The translations under genes were made by a program, and so were the position numbers. A stretch of DNA of 63,813 bases, filler included, from Hyphochytrium catenoides (lineage: Eukaryota; Protista; Hyphochytriomycota), in NCBI GenBank assembly GCA_900088475.1. It is 9 parts of 9 records of this genome, joined end to end, with 100 filler letters (N's around TTAATTAATTAA, not from the genome) between each part and the next. Parts side by side here need not be neighbours in the genome. Positions count along the whole stretch, not along the records: positions 57,640 to 63,813 come from FLMG01004197.1; 8 more parts are not named here. One strand, written 5' to 3'. The first letter of the stretch is position 1. Each line of letters opens with the position of its first letter. Below are positions 59,882 to 63,813 of this stretch, piece by piece. The notes below the pieces were generated by a model. It saw only the letters and a list, made by a program, of their open reading frames with translations, was not told the DNA's origin and did not search any database.

Positions 59882-61160
59882 CAGAGAGACAGAGAGAGAG
59901 TGAGTCGCTTAGTCACTGCAAACCTGATCCTCGGTCCTTTTCTTCCTTGTAACAGATTCTTAGCTCTCTGCAAAGGCGACGAAGGTATGATCACGAGGGA
60001 TATCACAGGCAGGAGGAGATGGAAGAATCCAGAGAGGCGAAGGAAGAGGGAAATGAAGATGTTTCTACGCTGGCAGACAAGAAAGAAAATGGGAAAGTAG
60101 CGGATCGCGCGTTCCCCGTCGCAGATCGTGTCGGTTACTCTTGCCATCAGAGGCCACTCGCTGCGCCCAAAAAGGCAATGAAGAAAGGACCCAAGACGAG
60201 AGGGAGTGCTGGTGTTAAGCGCCTCGAGATCCCTCCCTCTCATCGCTTTATATCTTCTCTCTCCCGTCAGAAGAACAACGTTGATGGCCTAGAAGAGGTA
60301 GTATGACTTGTCTTCGATGTACGAACTTGCTGGTGGTGGTTGACTTCTCTTCCTTCCACTTAAACGTGTGCATAACCTATTTCCTTTCTCTTCCACTTGC
60401 TCACATGTCTCTCTTTCCTTGGTACTTATGTCTTGTCAAGCTCTTGCGCGGAGTAGAGCCATCGGAGCTGAAGACGATTATCAAGGACTCGCTCACTGAG
60501 GATGCACTGGAGGCTCTAGTAGAGTTTATATCCCAGAGATTGATAGCAGATGCCCCTGACAAGGCCTATCAGGTACAATGGAGAGAAGAAGACGGGCGGA
60601 AGTGAAAGGAAAAGACGACAGTGGACTACAAGAGAGAGAGAGAGAGCGAGAGAGAGAGAGTAACGGTCATGGCCGATAAGGGAGATAGAGCTGATGGAAG
60701 GAGATGCAACTGGAAGAGAGATAAAGATAGCAAACTTCAGTGCGCAAGGCACGAGAAGATACATTGAACGAGGAGATGCTTAGAAGACAGAAGATGTACG
60801 ACGTAGTCCGGCTAGCAGGTGCACATGGTCGGATCTAATTCCCTCTCTTCTTCGCACCCCTCTTCTCAGTTCCTCTCGACACTACCAGCTGTCAGCCGAT
60901 TCAGCTTCATCGTTAGCTTCATCTCAGCGGCCGCTATCTGTAGACTTCAGGAAAGCTTCAGTCAGCTTCAAGAGCTAATAACAAGAGGCAGACTAGAGGT
61001 GACAGCAGACGAGTTAGGAAAGTTGCAAGCCTTATGGCTGGTCAACAGACATCCTGGTTCATCCCAGTCACGGCAGGAGAAATCCTCCGCTTTCGTGGAA
61101 GAAGAGAACTCTTTGACACCATCAGTTGGGCTGCTTGTGAGCACTGGAGGCTTAGACTAG
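57800..61160 (+). CDS. TPR + RPAP3_C-domain co-chaperone (RPAP3/SPAG1-like)
   Basis: Carboxylate-clamp TPR: ERSKGNELFKAGRFAEAIAVYSKCL...IYANRAMAYLK...ALADCVQALTLRPDHFKARYRKASAL. C-terminal LLRGVEPSELKTIIKDSLTED...FLSTLPAVSRFSFIVSFIS resembles RPAP3_C. The start ATG is inferred. Confidence 0.8.
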
Positions 61161-61426
61161 AGGCTACCTAATAAGTGGGCAAGATAGTTTGCAAGGAAGA
61201 GTCGTATCACTAGCGATATCCTAGAACAAGAATATTTATTATCACGACGTGAATGAGTAAGCTGCGATGCTAACAATGAATGACGAGCTCAATCAACAGG
61301 GCCTGACCCCGATTAGTCTCTCTACTTGTAGCGCAACAGCCGACCTTGAGGTTAGCTGCTGACATTCTGGGCGAGTAGTAGAGAGGAGGCAAAAAGCATT
61401 GCAAGAACAGAGAAAAGTAAACAGTC

Positions 61427-61691
61427 GCAGATACATATCTGCAGTTCTAATGCTGAGACAGTATCTTCCACTATGAAGACCATCGTTCCACAATGATCTC
61501 AGCCGCTCCTATGTCATTTCTTCAACCACATAGAAACTTCGTCTGGTGCAAGAGATGGCTGCAAGAGAGATTAGCAGGTACACAATAGCAGTTCTAGTGT
61601 TAACGAGGTATCTTCTGTCCACCAAAACCATCGTCCCATAACCGGCGCCGACGCCGCTAACTTCTTCAACCAGATACAAAGTTCTTCTGGT
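61427..61691. repeat. Diverged tandem duplication, period ~145 bp (2 copies)
   Basis: Shared blocks gcagttcta, gtatcttc, accatcgt, ttcttcaacca and tctggt recur in the same order at 61427-61547 and 61574-61691. Confidence 0.75.
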
Positions 61692-63813
61692 CCTAGTAAC
61701 GGCATTGATCATCATAAACTCTACTATACAGCAGGACTCCGTATCTTTACGGACAGAGCTTAGAGCAGCTACATGCGAGTGAGCAGCTGCCTCGCTGTCT
61801 GTGATGTGGGGCTTGACATAGAACTATCTCCTCGCCTGACACCAAAACTGGCTCCTTCAGCCTCGTCTAGCCCGTCTAAGCCCTCATTCATCTTAAGCTT
61901 GCCCTGCTGGCTGGCTAGTTGGTCGGTCATTCGGCACTCCTCCATGGTCCGACCAGGTAACTCTACCTGCCAAAAACTCAATGGCAGATCTCTGTCAGCC
62001 ATTGGTTTGCAATAGAAATGCGCCTGTCTTTCGCCCTCTGACATTCAAGAAACCTTCGTCTGCGATAAAAAATCTCTGGTCCGCCTCAAAAAGAGAAAGC
62101 ACCTACCCAAAAAAGCACTATCGTCTCAAATAGTCGTATTTTCTTTCACTCTCTGCGTATACTGCCATCTGTAATTTGTTTATAGCCTCATTATTATATG
62201 TTAGGTTCAAAGCATGGCACCTCTGACCAGAGATATTCGTTTCCTTACGGAAATGAATGGGTGGGTGGGGGAGAGTGTGGGACTCGGAGAAGCTTTGGAC
62301 ATCGCTCATCAGCATTATTAGACAGGCATAAGAATTGGAACTCAAAGTCACCAAGACAGAGGACATTTTTCTCGAGAGACAGAGTCTGGCGATAGACTAG
62401 TCGAAATATGTAACTAAAACGCATAACGCCTATTAGTCTCTAATTACGCCGTACAGGAAGAGTGGTAAGGAAGACACTTATGCCTTCCTGCGTGAGATAT
62501 TGGAGATGGTGTAATCTTGAATATGACGGTCTATGGCGAGAACAGTGAATGTGGTACATTTTGATGGTGGGGTTGGATGGGCGGCCACACGCCTATCACG
62601 GCTGCGATTGGCAAATTTCTCAAGGTGAAGAAGCCATCAGAGTGGGTGGGACAGCTCGGGGGCCAAAGCCTCATTTGGCCTGTCCCTCCATGAAACACGG
62701 TGAACCGTCACTCCTCTGAAAGGAATCCGAATACAAAATATTCCGAATAAAAAGTTATTGAGGAGCAGTTACTGGCGGTGATGGCTTTGGAGGGTGGAGC
62801 TTGGGGTCCATAATATGTAAAGGCAACTTGAGGTTCTGTTTTGGAAATATTGGAAATTTGTGACCTATTTTCCAGGCTCTTGGGGTTACATTCTACCTTT
62901 AACGAAACATTTCCTGGTTTAGTTTTGTTTTCGGCTCAGATGGAGGTGTCAGAGGAAGAGTGTAGAAAGGTGTATGTCTTCTGTTCTTAGACGTGGCCCA
63001 AGGTCAAGTGCAGTCCACTAACATAATCCACCTGATTCCCGCTATGACATCTGGCTCTTCCTCTCCAACTACCATCTTACCTTTGTGCTCCAACATTCCA
63101 GCACTGGCCTTGCGGGCGTGGCCTCTCCATCTTCCACTTCGCCCTTGTACACTGATCTCGCCACCAATCAGAAGGAGGACACAAGGCCGTCCAAATGTAC
63201 AGTGAGAGCCGCTAATTATATTGTGTAGCATTAGGATTAACCTGGACAAAACAGCTTGGATGGAGATTTGCAGAAAAGACCCAAAGAAGGAGCCCAAACA
63301 AAGTCCTACCTGTAGACCCTCACTCTCTACCTGCACCTAACTAACAAATGTTGCAGGCATGTTAACAATCATGCTGTTCTTGGACAGGGGAGAACATAGA
63401 GAGAGAACACACCTGCTGGCGTTGAGGAAGAGTTCTTGGAAGAGTCAAAGAAAACTTTCTCTCCTCTGGCACTACCCTGAGAACAGGTGAATACACCAGT
63501 AAGACAACATTGAGAAGCGGTAGAACTACTGTATCAACCAAAATAGAAAGGGTGGCTCGACTTTCCAAATACAACCGTGATTCGGAATATGTAATCTACG
63601 TTATCATTATTTATAAGTATTAAATGACTTATATCACGAATCCAACCGCAGGACGGTCCAAGGAGCTTTTTTGTTTCCTTGGTTGTTGTTGTTGTTGCCT
63701 CCATGGCTGGGTGGGACGGTCACAAGGTGGCGTCATGCAAATACTGGAGAATAGCGAATGCGGGTGGGTGTGGGAGAGGAGACACTCCAACGCCCATCCA
63801 CTCTTGTGGACAG

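Noticed and set aside
1085-60243. Dozens of long ORFs rich in LSLSLS or RERERE
   Set aside because: (CT)n/(AG)n tracts lack stop codons; these ORFs are introns or intergenic DNA, sometimes with a real exon embedded.
62100-63813. Short ORFs at the right end of the window
   Set aside because: No recognisable domain or consistent exon chain.

Overview
Eukaryotic nuclear DNA, probably a stramenopile/ochrophyte alga (inferred from the eS1 C-terminus ...GSGGRL and gene content; not proven). The window is at least nine assembly pieces joined by artificial 100-bp spacers (44N-TTAATTAATTAA-44N), so adjacency across spacers is uncertain. I reconstructed GT-AG spliced genes by hand: beta-adaptin AP-1/2 (-), RRP12 (+), NOC1/MAK21/CEBPZ (-), meckelin TMEM67 (+), ARP6 (+), MCM9 (-), BUD22/SRFBP1 (-), RPS3A/eS1 (+), an unknown 4-TM protein (+), an F-box/LRR protein (+), a BK/Slo-like K+ channel (-), a secreted acidic RxL protein (-) and a TPR+RPAP3_C protein (+). 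Most ORFs in the supplied track are artefacts of (AG)n/(CT)n microsatellites. The most interesting non-obvious signals are: (1) a compact intronic C/D snoRNA in RPS3A with two guides predicted to hit 18S Gm683 and 5.8S Gm75 (human numbering); (2) introns polarised (GA)n at the 5' end and (CT)n at the 3' end, which could fold to bridge splice sites; (3) a BK-like channel whose S4 has lost or reversed gating charges; (4) a silacidin-like RxL/acidic secreted precursor; (5) a diverged ~380-bp palindrome; (6) TAG/CTA-rich decayed islands suggesting C-to-T hypermutation; (7) paired ribosome-biogenesis genes. No tRNA, rRNA, CRISPR or intact transposon was recognised. Exon coordinates are hand-derived and may be off by a few bases.
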